40,747 nt of DNA from a virus. Its lineage: Duplodnaviria > Caudoviricetes. Positions 33,890 to 40,747 of this stretch are shown piece after piece. The DNA is taken from the IMG/VR virus record IMGVR_UViG_3300037722_000283, positions 1 through 40,747 of that record, one strand, 5' to 3'. Under the pieces are notes generated by a model that searched no databases, was not told the origin of the DNA, and saw nothing but the letters and a program-made list of their open reading frames with translations. Each line of letters opens with the position of its first letter. The stretch's first letter is position 1. Position numbers and translations under genes: made by a program.

Positions 33890-34293
33890 GGGGTGGCCCC
33901 AGCTTTCGTCAGCTGCCGGTCGCCGAGCAGCTCGTCTTGGAGCGCATGGAGGTCATCGGGGCGCACGACCCGAACGTCGGCGCCGACGGCGCGCCAGGCG
34001 TCGAGCCACTCGGCCTGGCCCGGGCGGTACCTGCCCTTTTCGCTCTTGAGCTCGAGGACGAGCAGCAGCTGGCGCCCGGGGTGCAGTGCCACGATGTCAG
34101 GCCAGCCACTCTGCCCGGAATGCGACACGGCGTACGTGCCCGAGGGCAGCGTCGCGTGCTGATCGTGATGCCAGAGCCAGCCTCCCCAGCCGAGCGCCTG
34201 CTCGACGCCGAGCTGCATGTCGCCTTCCTCGGTCGCTGCGTTGCGCGCTTCCCTGAGGTCGCGGGGCGGTCGGCGTCGGCGGCGCTGGCTCAT
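33886..34293 (-). CDS. VRR-NUC (PD-D/ExK) nuclease, putative junction resolvase
   Basis: GWPDIVAL...ELKSEKGR..PGQAEWL..VVRPDD. Confidence 0.9.
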   Translation of the reverse strand: MSQRRRRRPPRDLREARNAATEEGDMQLGVEQALGWGGWLWHHDQHATLPSGTYAVSHSGQSGWPDIVALHPGRQLLLVLELKSEKGRYRPGQAEWLDAWRAVGADVRVVRPDDLHALQDELLGDRQLTKAGATP

Positions 34294-34517
34294 GCGGGCT
34301 CATCGCGGATGCGGCGCTCGGCTTCGGTCAGCGGCCGGAGTGGTCCCGAGATCGCCAGGGATGCCGTGGTGACCTGACGCCAGAAGCCGGCGCGGTCAGT
34401 GCCCGGCTCGGGGTATCGCGGGTCGGCCTGGACGCCGCGCTCGCCGAGGCGGATGGCGGCGTCGATGAGGTCGGCCGGGAATGGCTCGACCAGCTCGACG
34501 AACAGCGTGTCGCTCAC
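34290..34517 (-). CDS. Hypothetical protein
   Basis: GTGA/ATGA coupled. Confidence 0.6.
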   Translation of the reverse strand: MSDTLFVELVEPFPADLIDAAIRLGERGVQADPRYPEPGTDRAGFWRQVTTASLAISGPLRPLTEAERRIRDEPA

Positions 34518-34714
34518 CAGTCCACGTCCTCGTCGCAGTCGTGCTCGCCATCGAGAGCATCGTGGAGATAGCACCAGCGGCGGCGACAGGAGCAGCTAGC
34601 GCAGCCGTCGTGCAGGTCGCTGTGGAACTCTGCTGGGTGACGGCAGGCCATGCACTCGGCGTCGGGCACGACGTACACCCGTGGGTCGACCTCGCCGAAG
34701 ATGATGGCCGTCAT
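34514..34714 (-). CDS. Cys/His-rich small protein
   Basis: CMACRH..FH..GCASCSC. Confidence 0.65.
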   Translation of the reverse strand: MTAIIFGEVDPRVYVVPDAECMACRHPAEFHSDLHDGCASCSCRRRWCYLHDALDGEHDCDEDVDW

Positions 34715-34902
34715 GACCGGGCCCCGAGCCTGACCAGCGCGTCCACAGCGTCGCGGCGGGCTTGCAGAGCCGAGACGTAAGCGAGCCAGGCGGAGCGGTC
34801 ATCCCATGGCCGGTTGCGGCAGGCCTGCTCGGCGGCACGCTCGGCGATCGCGGCCTTGATGAGGCGCTCGGCGGCCCGGGCGAGCTTCGTCTGGGTCGTC
34901 AC
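34711..34902 (-). CDS. Hypothetical helical protein
   Basis: GTGA/ATGA coupled. Confidence 0.6.
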   Translation of the reverse strand: MTTQTKLARAAERLIKAAIAERAAEQACRNRPWDDRSAWLAYVSALQARRDAVDALVRLGARS

Positions 34903-35117
34903 GTTCCGCAGCCTCCGTGCAGGTACAGCCGGGTCCAGTGGCCAGGGCGCGGGTTGAACTGGAACCACGGCGAGGCGACGGCCACGAAGACCGTCTGGCC
35001 GGGGAAGATGTCGCGGGAGGGCTGGCGGCAGACGTAGCCGTCGCACCGCCGCTTGGTGCGAGTCACCACCCGCTCGACCCAAGACGCCATGGGCTCGTGA
35101 ACCATCACCACGCTCAT
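34899..35117 (-). CDS. Small zinc-ribbon-like protein
   Basis: RRCDGYVC...IFPG...HGGC. Confidence 0.6.
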   Translation of the reverse strand: MSVVMVHEPMASWVERVVTRTKRRCDGYVCRQPSRDIFPGQTVFVAVASPWFQFNPRPGHWTRLYLHGGCGT

Positions 35118-35278
35118 CGCGGGCCCCGCCGATTCTCGCGCCGGTACCGCTCGACCTCGGCCCGCGCGACCCACCAGTCGCGCCCATGCTTCGATGCCTT
35201 GAGTGCACCTCGGTGGATGGACTGGCGCAGTGTGGCGGGATGAAGATCCAGGATGGCTGCGGCTTCGTTGAGGGTCAC
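35114..35278 (-). CDS. Second HTH_17 / excisionase-like DNA-binding protein (54 aa)
   Basis: MTLNEAAAILDLHPATLRQSIHRGALKASKHGRDWWV. Confidence 0.8.
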   Translation of the reverse strand: MTLNEAAAILDLHPATLRQSIHRGALKASKHGRDWWVARAEVERYRRENRRGPR

Positions 35279-35607
35279 GCCGCATCCTCCGGCGCCGTGC
35301 CAAAGTCGAGCTCCTCGGCCTCGGCAGGCTCGGTGGTCATAGTCTCGGAATGATTCGCACCCCCATCCGCAACGCGGCGCATCGGGCGGTCGTCGGCCAC
35401 GAGCCAGTCCTCGCCGATGGCCATGGCGCGCTCCCAGCAAGCATCGCGATCGCGGCAGCGAGGCCCTGAGCCGTAGCGGCTGGGCCCGGTGCGCCAGCGG
35501 ATCAGCTCGTGGCGCACCTCGGGGCTCTGCTCGCCGCACAGGATGCATGTCTTCGCGGCCGGCTCCGAGGGCTGTGGCGGCAGTGACCAGCCCGGAGTGC
35601 CGCTCAT
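35275..35607 (-). CDS. Hypothetical Cys-containing protein
   Basis: CILC...CRDRDAC; coupled to the dnaC-like gene. Confidence 0.65.
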   Translation of the reverse strand: MSGTPGWSLPPQPSEPAAKTCILCGEQSPEVRHELIRWRTGPSRYGSGPRCRDRDACWERAMAIGEDWLVADDRPMRRVADGGANHSETMTTEPAEAEELDFGTAPEDAA

Positions 35608-36272
35608 CGGGAGCTGTCCGCGAGCCGATGGTCACGGCCCTGCATCTCGATCAGCCGACCATGCTCGGCGATGCGGCTGATGGCCGGCCAGTAGCCCGAG
35701 TCGCGCAGCTCCTCGGGCGTGAGGTTGCTCGCCACCGCGGTGGGCAGCTCCTGCTCGTAGCGGCTGTTGACGAGCGCATAGACCAGCTCGCCGGTCCAGT
35801 CGCTCATGCGCTCGCGGCCCAGGTCATCGAGCACCACGAGGGCCGCATGGTGTCGCAGGCGGCGGGCGCGCTCCGCATGTCGCTGCTCGGGTGCCGACAT
35901 CTCGGAGCGCATGTCCACGATGAGCGACGGCACATTGCACCAGCGCGGCACCTCGGGCACCGAGGGATAGCGCAGCCCGGCCTCGGCAGCGCTGGCCGGG
36001 TACTGGGCGATCTCGGCCTGGTCGTACTCGGCCCTGCGCTCGGCGTAGACCCTGGAGTGCCGCAGCGCGATCTCCCGGCAGGCCGCCGCGAGCAAGTGCG
36101 ACTTGCCGAGGCCGGGTTGCCCGAGCAGTGCCAGGCCGTCGATCTGTCCCTCGGCCAGTAGCCGAGCCGCGGTGAGCGCCTCGGTCTGCGACGCCGTGCC
36201 TGGCTGGTAGCCGTCGAGCTCCAGGGTGGCGTACCGCTTCGGGATGCCGACCTGGGCCAGCAGCTCAGTCAT
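35604..36272 (-). CDS. DnaC/IstB-like AAA+ helicase loader
   Basis: GIPKRY, GQPGLGKSHL, LVVLDDLG, RYEQELPTAVASN. Confidence 0.92.
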   Translation of the reverse strand: MTELLAQVGIPKRYATLELDGYQPGTASQTEALTAARLLAEGQIDGLALLGQPGLGKSHLLAAACREIALRHSRVYAERRAEYDQAEIAQYPASAAEAGLRYPSVPEVPRWCNVPSLIVDMRSEMSAPEQRHAERARRLRHHAALVVLDDLGRERMSDWTGELVYALVNSRYEQELPTAVASNLTPEELRDSGYWPAISRIAEHGRLIEMQGRDHRLADSSR

Positions 36273-37071
36273 CGTAGTGTTCGAAGGCATCGCGCACCTC
36301 CTCGTCGCTCGGCAGGAAACCCTTGGCCTGACGCTTCTTCGGCGGCTCGACACGGACACGGACCGGCGGATCGAGCAGGTCGTCGGCACTGAACACGATC
36401 TGCCGGATGGTCGGGGACGGGCCGGTAGCGGTCGCGACGGTCTGCCAGGCCTGGGTCACGGCAGGCAAGCCGTGTTTCCTGACCTGGGCCATGGCCATCT
36501 CGCCGAATTTGCTGCGGATGTTCTGTAGCGCGTTCGGTCCGACGAGCTGTTCGGCGAGGGCCTGGATGGCGTACTCGTCGTCTCTCGCCGCAGCGCCGTT
36601 CGCCTCGCGCGCGCGGAGAGCGCCCCGCAGCGCTTCGCTATGCACCGCTTCGCTCCGCACCGCACCGCTTCGCTCAGACGGAGCAGGATCACGTAAGGAT
36701 TCGGTTCGGACCGTTACATCGGGCGTTGCGCTGACCGTTACATCGGGCGATACATCGCCGTGCTTGCGTCCGCGGATGCGGCGAACCCGCTCCGTTACCT
36801 TCCAGTCGCCCTCCTGCCATTCATCCCAGCCCTCGATGTACAGTCGTCCGTCCGGCAAGAGCACCAGATCGCCATGCGCGATGAGGTACTCGACGTGACG
36901 GCCGCGCTTATCCAGCAACGCCTTGAGGTAGCGCTGCGAGCGGAACCTGCCGCGGTCTGGTTGAGACTCCGCGAGGCAGAGGCACCCGATGAGCGCCGCG
37001 TACGGGCCATCTGGGTAGTGAGCCTTGTGCTCGTCAAAGCCGGGGTCCAGTCGTAGGTAGGCGCGTGTCAT
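36265..37071 (-). CDS. Phage replication initiator protein
   Basis: YLRLD N-terminus, GWDEWQ...RVRRIR, repeat-rich linker; upstream of the DnaC-like gene. Confidence 0.8.
   Translation of the reverse strand: MTRAYLRLDPGFDEHKAHYPDGPYAALIGCLCLAESQPDRGRFRSQRYLKALLDKRGRHVEYLIAHGDLVLLPDGRLYIEGWDEWQEGDWKVTERVRRIRGRKHGDVSPDVTVSATPDVTVRTESLRDPAPSERSGAVRSEAVHSEALRGALRAREANGAAARDDEYAIQALAEQLVGPNALQNIRSKFGEMAMAQVRKHGLPAVTQAWQTVATATGPSPTIRQIVFSADDLLDPPVRVRVEPPKKRQAKGFLPSDEEVRDAFEHYDD
36642..36757. repeat. Iteron-like repeats, putative replication origin inside the initiator gene
   Basis: GACCGTTACATCGGGCG at 36709-36725 and 36733-36749; GCACCGCTTCGCTC at 36642-36655 and 36662-36675. Confidence 0.65.
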
Positions 37072-37150
37072 GACACAGAACCATCGGGCTGGCTGGCAAG
37101 CGGATCGTCGGGGAAGCGCCAGTAGGATCGGCTGTATGGATCGGGTGGCA

Positions 37151-38911
37151 TCAGGCCCCTCTCATCAGGTCGTCGGATGCGCGGTAGCCGGCCATCAGGC
37201 CGAGGCCTCGAAGGCGCCCGAGCATGTTGTTGAAGTGGCCCGTACGTGGCTCATAGCCAGTCGCGGCGCCCAGATCGTCGCGCGTCGTCTCCTCCGGCCA
37301 GCGCTCCGCCAGGTAGCGCAGGATGGCCGCCTCGCCACGGCCCAGGCGGCCGCTGGAGAGCCACCACTCGACGAGTGCCCAGCCGGGCTCTGGCAGCCGC
37401 TCGAAGTCGTCCCCGATGGTCGCCAGACCGGCAGGCGTGGCCACGATCGGATCGGCGCCAGGCGCCACGAGGCCACTGCTGCGCAGACGCCCCAGGACGT
37501 TGTTGAAGTGGCCCGCGCGTGGCCGGTAGCCCGTGAGCAGGCCCAGGCGTGTCCGGCCGAGCCCCTGCGGGTACTGCGCCAGGGCGGCCAGGATCAGGCG
37601 CTCTGCCCTGCCGAGGACCACGGACGCCACATCGGGCGCGACCGCGGCACGTGGGCCGACAGTGGCGCCCACGGGCGAAGCAGGCGCGACGGGCTGGACT
37701 GGTCGCGGCGTCCTCGCTGGCGTCTGGTCCGGTCGCGTGGCCGGGGCCTGCTGGGCGCGCTCGATCGCCGCTGTGATGCTCGAGCCGACCGTCTGGATAC
37801 CCCTGGCCGTCGTGACGAGGGCCTCGGCGACCCTATCGAGCCCCATGAGCGCCTCGATGAGCGTGGCCACCTGGCCGTTGAGCACCGGCACCTCCACGCG
37901 CTCGACGCGGACCTCGCCTCGTGCCTTCTCCGCCACGTGCTCCCAGTGGCCGTTGGCGATCTTCATGGAGCGGTTGGACTCCTCCAGCTCGCGGATGCGC
38001 TTGCGCAGCTCCTTGGGGTCGTCCGCCTTGGACCGCTCGATGGTGTCGGCCATGCGCGCTTGCAGCGCGTCAAGGTCGATGTCGGCGAGCGTCGCTGGCG
38101 CGCGCGTGATCGCGTCGACCGGAGTGGCGCCCGAGTCGAACGTCCGTCGCCGGCGGACCCGGAGGCGCTTGACCATGCGCAGGAAGGACGGGGACCAGAC
38201 CCACGCCTCGCCATCCTCCAGACCTGGCAGCGATGCCAGCAGGTCGTCCGCCACGGCGTGCTCCTTGACCCAGTCGCCGATGGCGCGGCGGTCCTGTGGG
38301 CCAGTGGTGCGCATCGCGACGAGCGTCCCGATCTGCGTCAGCACGTCCTTGTGCAGCCTCGCCGAGCGCTGGCTCATCGTGGTCGATCCGAGGCCGAACG
38401 AGCGACCCATGAGCGGGATCCGAGCCATCGCCTCCTTGACCTTCGCGCGATCGCGGGTCATCTGTTGCGGGATGTACTCGTGCGCCTCCTCCAGGAACAC
38501 ATGCCGTCGCTGCGGCTCATGGCGGTGCCGGCGGTAGAGCCGCTCGGCGAACGCGGTCAGGAATCGGTGTCGGTCGGCCAGCGTGAAGTCCGAGACGTCG
38601 AGGACGGCCGTCAGGTTCTCGTCCACGATGAGGTCCGCGATGATGGCGCCGGCACCCGCCTCGAGCGGCACGTCGCCGTGCAGGCCGCCCAGGATGGCCA
38701 CGGGCAGGCCAGGGCCCTGGCCCTCGGCCCGGATGCCGAACCAGTCGCCCTTGGGATCGATGGCCACCCAGGGCAGGCCGGCAGCGTACATCTCCTCGGC
38801 CATGACGACGCCGACGTTGGACTTGCCGGCACCTCGTTGCCCGAGGATGCCGAAGGACTCGGTCACCGCTTCGAGGGGCAGGCTGAGGTCGTCGCTGATG
38901 CGGAGCGTCAT
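37151..38911 (-). CDS. HerA/FtsK-superfamily (DUF87-like) ATPase with coiled coil and two C-terminal winged-helix repeats
   Basis: GQRGAGKS, IDPKGD, FLEEAHEY, GRSFGLG, SQR; duplicated TGYxPRxGHFNNxLGRLR motif. Confidence 0.88.
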   Translation of the reverse strand: MTLRISDDLSLPLEAVTESFGILGQRGAGKSNVGVVMAEEMYAAGLPWVAIDPKGDWFGIRAEGQGPGLPVAILGGLHGDVPLEAGAGAIIADLIVDENLTAVLDVSDFTLADRHRFLTAFAERLYRRHRHEPQRRHVFLEEAHEYIPQQMTRDRAKVKEAMARIPLMGRSFGLGSTTMSQRSARLHKDVLTQIGTLVAMRTTGPQDRRAIGDWVKEHAVADDLLASLPGLEDGEAWVWSPSFLRMVKRLRVRRRRTFDSGATPVDAITRAPATLADIDLDALQARMADTIERSKADDPKELRKRIRELEESNRSMKIANGHWEHVAEKARGEVRVERVEVPVLNGQVATLIEALMGLDRVAEALVTTARGIQTVGSSITAAIERAQQAPATRPDQTPARTPRPVQPVAPASPVGATVGPRAAVAPDVASVVLGRAERLILAALAQYPQGLGRTRLGLLTGYRPRAGHFNNVLGRLRSSGLVAPGADPIVATPAGLATIGDDFERLPEPGWALVEWWLSSGRLGRGEAAILRYLAERWPEETTRDDLGAATGYEPRTGHFNNMLGRLRGLGLMAGYRASDDLMRGA

Positions 38912-39117
38912 CAGGCGCACTCCTCGAGCTTCGCCGCTTCCGACTTCACCGCGCGATCGCACAGGCACTGCGCTGGCCTGCCACCGTGGTGGCTGTCTCC
39001 GAGGTCCAGCGCCCCGCAGCAGGGCATCACGGGCCGCCCCAGGGCGTCACGCTGCTCGTCGAGGATGGCTCGTTGCGTCACGAGGGCGGCCTGGAACAGC
39101 TCGAGCTCGCTCGTCAT
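38911..39117 (-). CDS. Hypothetical Cys-rich protein
   Basis: Packed between neighbouring genes. Confidence 0.6.
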   Translation of the reverse strand: MTSELELFQAALVTQRAILDEQRDALGRPVMPCCGALDLGDSHHGGRPAQCLCDRAVKSEAAKLEECA

Positions 39118-39890
39118 GTCGGCTCACCGAGCGCAGCCAGCCCGACCAGCTCGGCCTGAGACAGGCGAGCGATGAGCAAGAGCAGGTCCGTCACGTCCTC
39201 GGCGTAGACCTCGGCCCAGCGGTCGGCACCGATCATCTGAGATGCAGAGAGGTGGTCGATGACCCGTGAGTGCAGCGGCTCAGGCAGTCCACCATCGACC
39301 AAGACCGGGCGCTCGGCCTGAGACAGGGGCATGGCGGCGGGCCAGTCCACGCCAAGTGCGAGGATGAGACGTTCGGCCATCTCGACCCGGAGGCTGCCCA
39401 TGCTGTGTGGGTTGGCGGCGATGCGGGCCTTCGCCTCCGCTACGACTAGCACCAGCCCGTCGATGATGACCCCTCGTTCATCAGCACCAAGGAACCACGG
39501 CTCCTGCGACAGGGGTATGGCGGCGAGGATGGCGTCAGCGAACGTGGCGCAATCGCTCACGCCGTCGTAATAGCCCCAGCCGCAGGCGACGCCGTCGGCG
39601 TGTCGCGGCCAGTTCGTGCCGTCGTGCGTGTGCAGCCGGTGCAACACTTTAGCCAGCGTCTGCACATCCCGCGGTCGTGACGTGTTCTCGGTGTCCCAGC
39701 CGTGGCGCCCCTCGTGGCCCTTGTCGAGGATGCAGCACCTATGACCACGCACGGCACCGCAGAACTCGAACCCCTCCAGCCAACGGTCTGGCTCTATCGG
39801 CTCGTCCTGGGCGGGGGTTGGGACCCATCGCAGTTCGCCAGCGATCTCGCCTAGCGCCGCTCTCAGCGCCTCGCGTCGGGGGTCAGTCAT
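39114..39890 (-). CDS. Modular hypothetical protein with repeated LSQ junctions
   Basis: AIPLSQE, AMPLSQAE and ARLSQAE repeats. Confidence 0.65.
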   Translation of the reverse strand: MTDPRREALRAALGEIAGELRWVPTPAQDEPIEPDRWLEGFEFCGAVRGHRCCILDKGHEGRHGWDTENTSRPRDVQTLAKVLHRLHTHDGTNWPRHADGVACGWGYYDGVSDCATFADAILAAIPLSQEPWFLGADERGVIIDGLVLVVAEAKARIAANPHSMGSLRVEMAERLILALGVDWPAAMPLSQAERPVLVDGGLPEPLHSRVIDHLSASQMIGADRWAEVYAEDVTDLLLLIARLSQAELVGLAALGEPT

Positions 39891-40455
39891 CAGGGTCGTC
39901 TTCCTCATCGAGGTCCTCCTCGTCCTCCTCCTCGATCGCGTCTTCGAGCGTCTGCTGGCCGTCAGCCTGCGCGGCTGCCGCTCGCCAGGCCTGCTGCCCG
40001 CACGAGTGGCTGGCCTTGCTCCCGCTGGACACCAGGCGCAGCTCGCGGCTGCTGCCGACCCGTAGCTCGACGCTCAGGGCCGTGCTCAGGTACGTGCCCT
40101 CGCCGCAGTTGGGGCAGATGCCGTAGATCGTGATGGTCGCCGGCGTCACGACATCGGCGGCATGCTCGGTCGGCGGCGGGTATGGCGTGTCGCGCAGGCT
40201 CAGGGCTGCCTCGAGGTCGCCGTGCGTGATGATCCGCACGCCATCGAGTGCACCCGGCTGCAGGTCTTCCTCACCGACCGTCCGCAGGGCCGCGTGCAGG
40301 TTGGCGCTGATCAACTCCCGGTACGCCACGACCCGGCTCTGGTGGACCGGCAGGTGCGGGTACGCCGTATCCTCCATCAGCTCCTCGACCGACCGGCCCT
40401 CCGCGGGCATGTCGTCGTCCTGCGGCTGCTCTTCCGTGGTGATCGTCTCGGCCAC
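39883..40455 (-). CDS. Hypothetical protein (CPNC motif, acidic tail)
   Basis: AAGGAG RBS before GTG 40455. Confidence 0.7.
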   Translation of the reverse strand: MAETITTEEQPQDDDMPAEGRSVEELMEDTAYPHLPVHQSRVVAYRELISANLHAALRTVGEEDLQPGALDGVRIITHGDLEAALSLRDTPYPPPTEHAADVVTPATITIYGICPNCGEGTYLSTALSVELRVGSSRELRLVSSGSKASHSCGQQAWRAAAAQADGQQTLEDAIEEEDEEDLDEEDDPDD

Positions 40456-40477
40456 TTGGTGCTCCTTCCCCGTGGTT

Positions 40478-40747
40478 TCATGCCACGAGCTCGACGTGTG
40501 AGCCGGCCCCATCGCGGCTCACTTGATAGACCGCGTCGCCGAATTCGGCGAGGTCCGGTGTGTGGGTGACGACGACGATCCGCTCCAGCTCGCCGTGGTG
40601 GCTGAGCACCTTGAGTGCCTGCCCGAGTGCCCGTCTCGACTCCGCGTCCAACCCATCGGGCTCGTCTGCGATGAGGGTGCGGATGGCCGTGCCGGCGCGC
40701 CTCGCGATGAGGCGCGACAGGCCCACCGCGATGGCCAGGTGCAGGCT
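40478..40747 (-). CDS. sbcC: SbcC/Rad50, 3' part
   Basis: Walker B / D-loop LIADEPDGLD and H-loop VVVTH; in frame with 1-2080 across the junction. Confidence 0.93.
   Translation of the reverse strand, partial: SLHLAIAVGLSRLIARRAGTAIRTLIADEPDGLDAESRRALGQALKVLSHHGELERIVVVTHTPDLAEFGDAVYQVSRDGAGSHVELVA
40621..40747. repeat. Terminal direct repeat, copy 2
   Basis: Identical to 1-127. Confidence 0.97.

Noticed and set aside
37070-39175. 701-aa plus-strand ORF as a real protein
   Set aside because: Antisense to the HerA-like gene with no recognisable motifs; only the promoter-like signal was kept as a weak finding.
1-40747. CRISPR array, tRNA/rRNA genes, IS elements, NurA, DNA polymerase or methyltransferase
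   Set aside because: None recognised by eye; very divergent members cannot be excluded without profile searches.

Overview
Apparently complete, circularly assembled genome of a GC-rich temperate siphovirus-like phage. Bases 1-127 are repeated exactly at 40621-40747, giving a 40,620-bp circle. Nearly all genes are on the minus strand. Reading leftward from a divergent cro/cI-like switch at ~10.2-10.3 kb: many small early genes (including a secreted RlpA-like protein), a putative annealing protein, SbcD/Mre11, SbcC/Rad50 (spans the contig junction, so the ORF track shows only its last ~82 codons), a HerA-like ATPase, replication initiator and DnaC-like loader, VRR-NUC, xis, tyrosine integrase, attP, lysis/membrane genes, HNH, terminase, portal, scaffold, capsid, neck, tail tube, chaperones, tape measure and tail fibres. 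The host is probably a high-GC monoderm such as Actinomycetota or Chloroflexota (inference only). Most notable observations: (1) a large terminase with an intact ATPase but no catalytic acidic residues in the nuclease domain, next to an intact HNH gene and an extra gene between terS and terL; (2) a phage-borne Mre11-Rad50-HerA set with no NurA; (3) a secreted C1q/TNF-like (fibre-tip-like) domain in the repressor operon; (4) a likely +1 frameshift (ACC_UUU_CGU_C) in the tail chaperone; (5) an attP that seems to supply a replacement C-terminus for a host protein; (6) recurrent leaderless promoters, one driving an unannotated antisense gene in the tail operon. All family calls come from motif recognition by eye; no searches were run.
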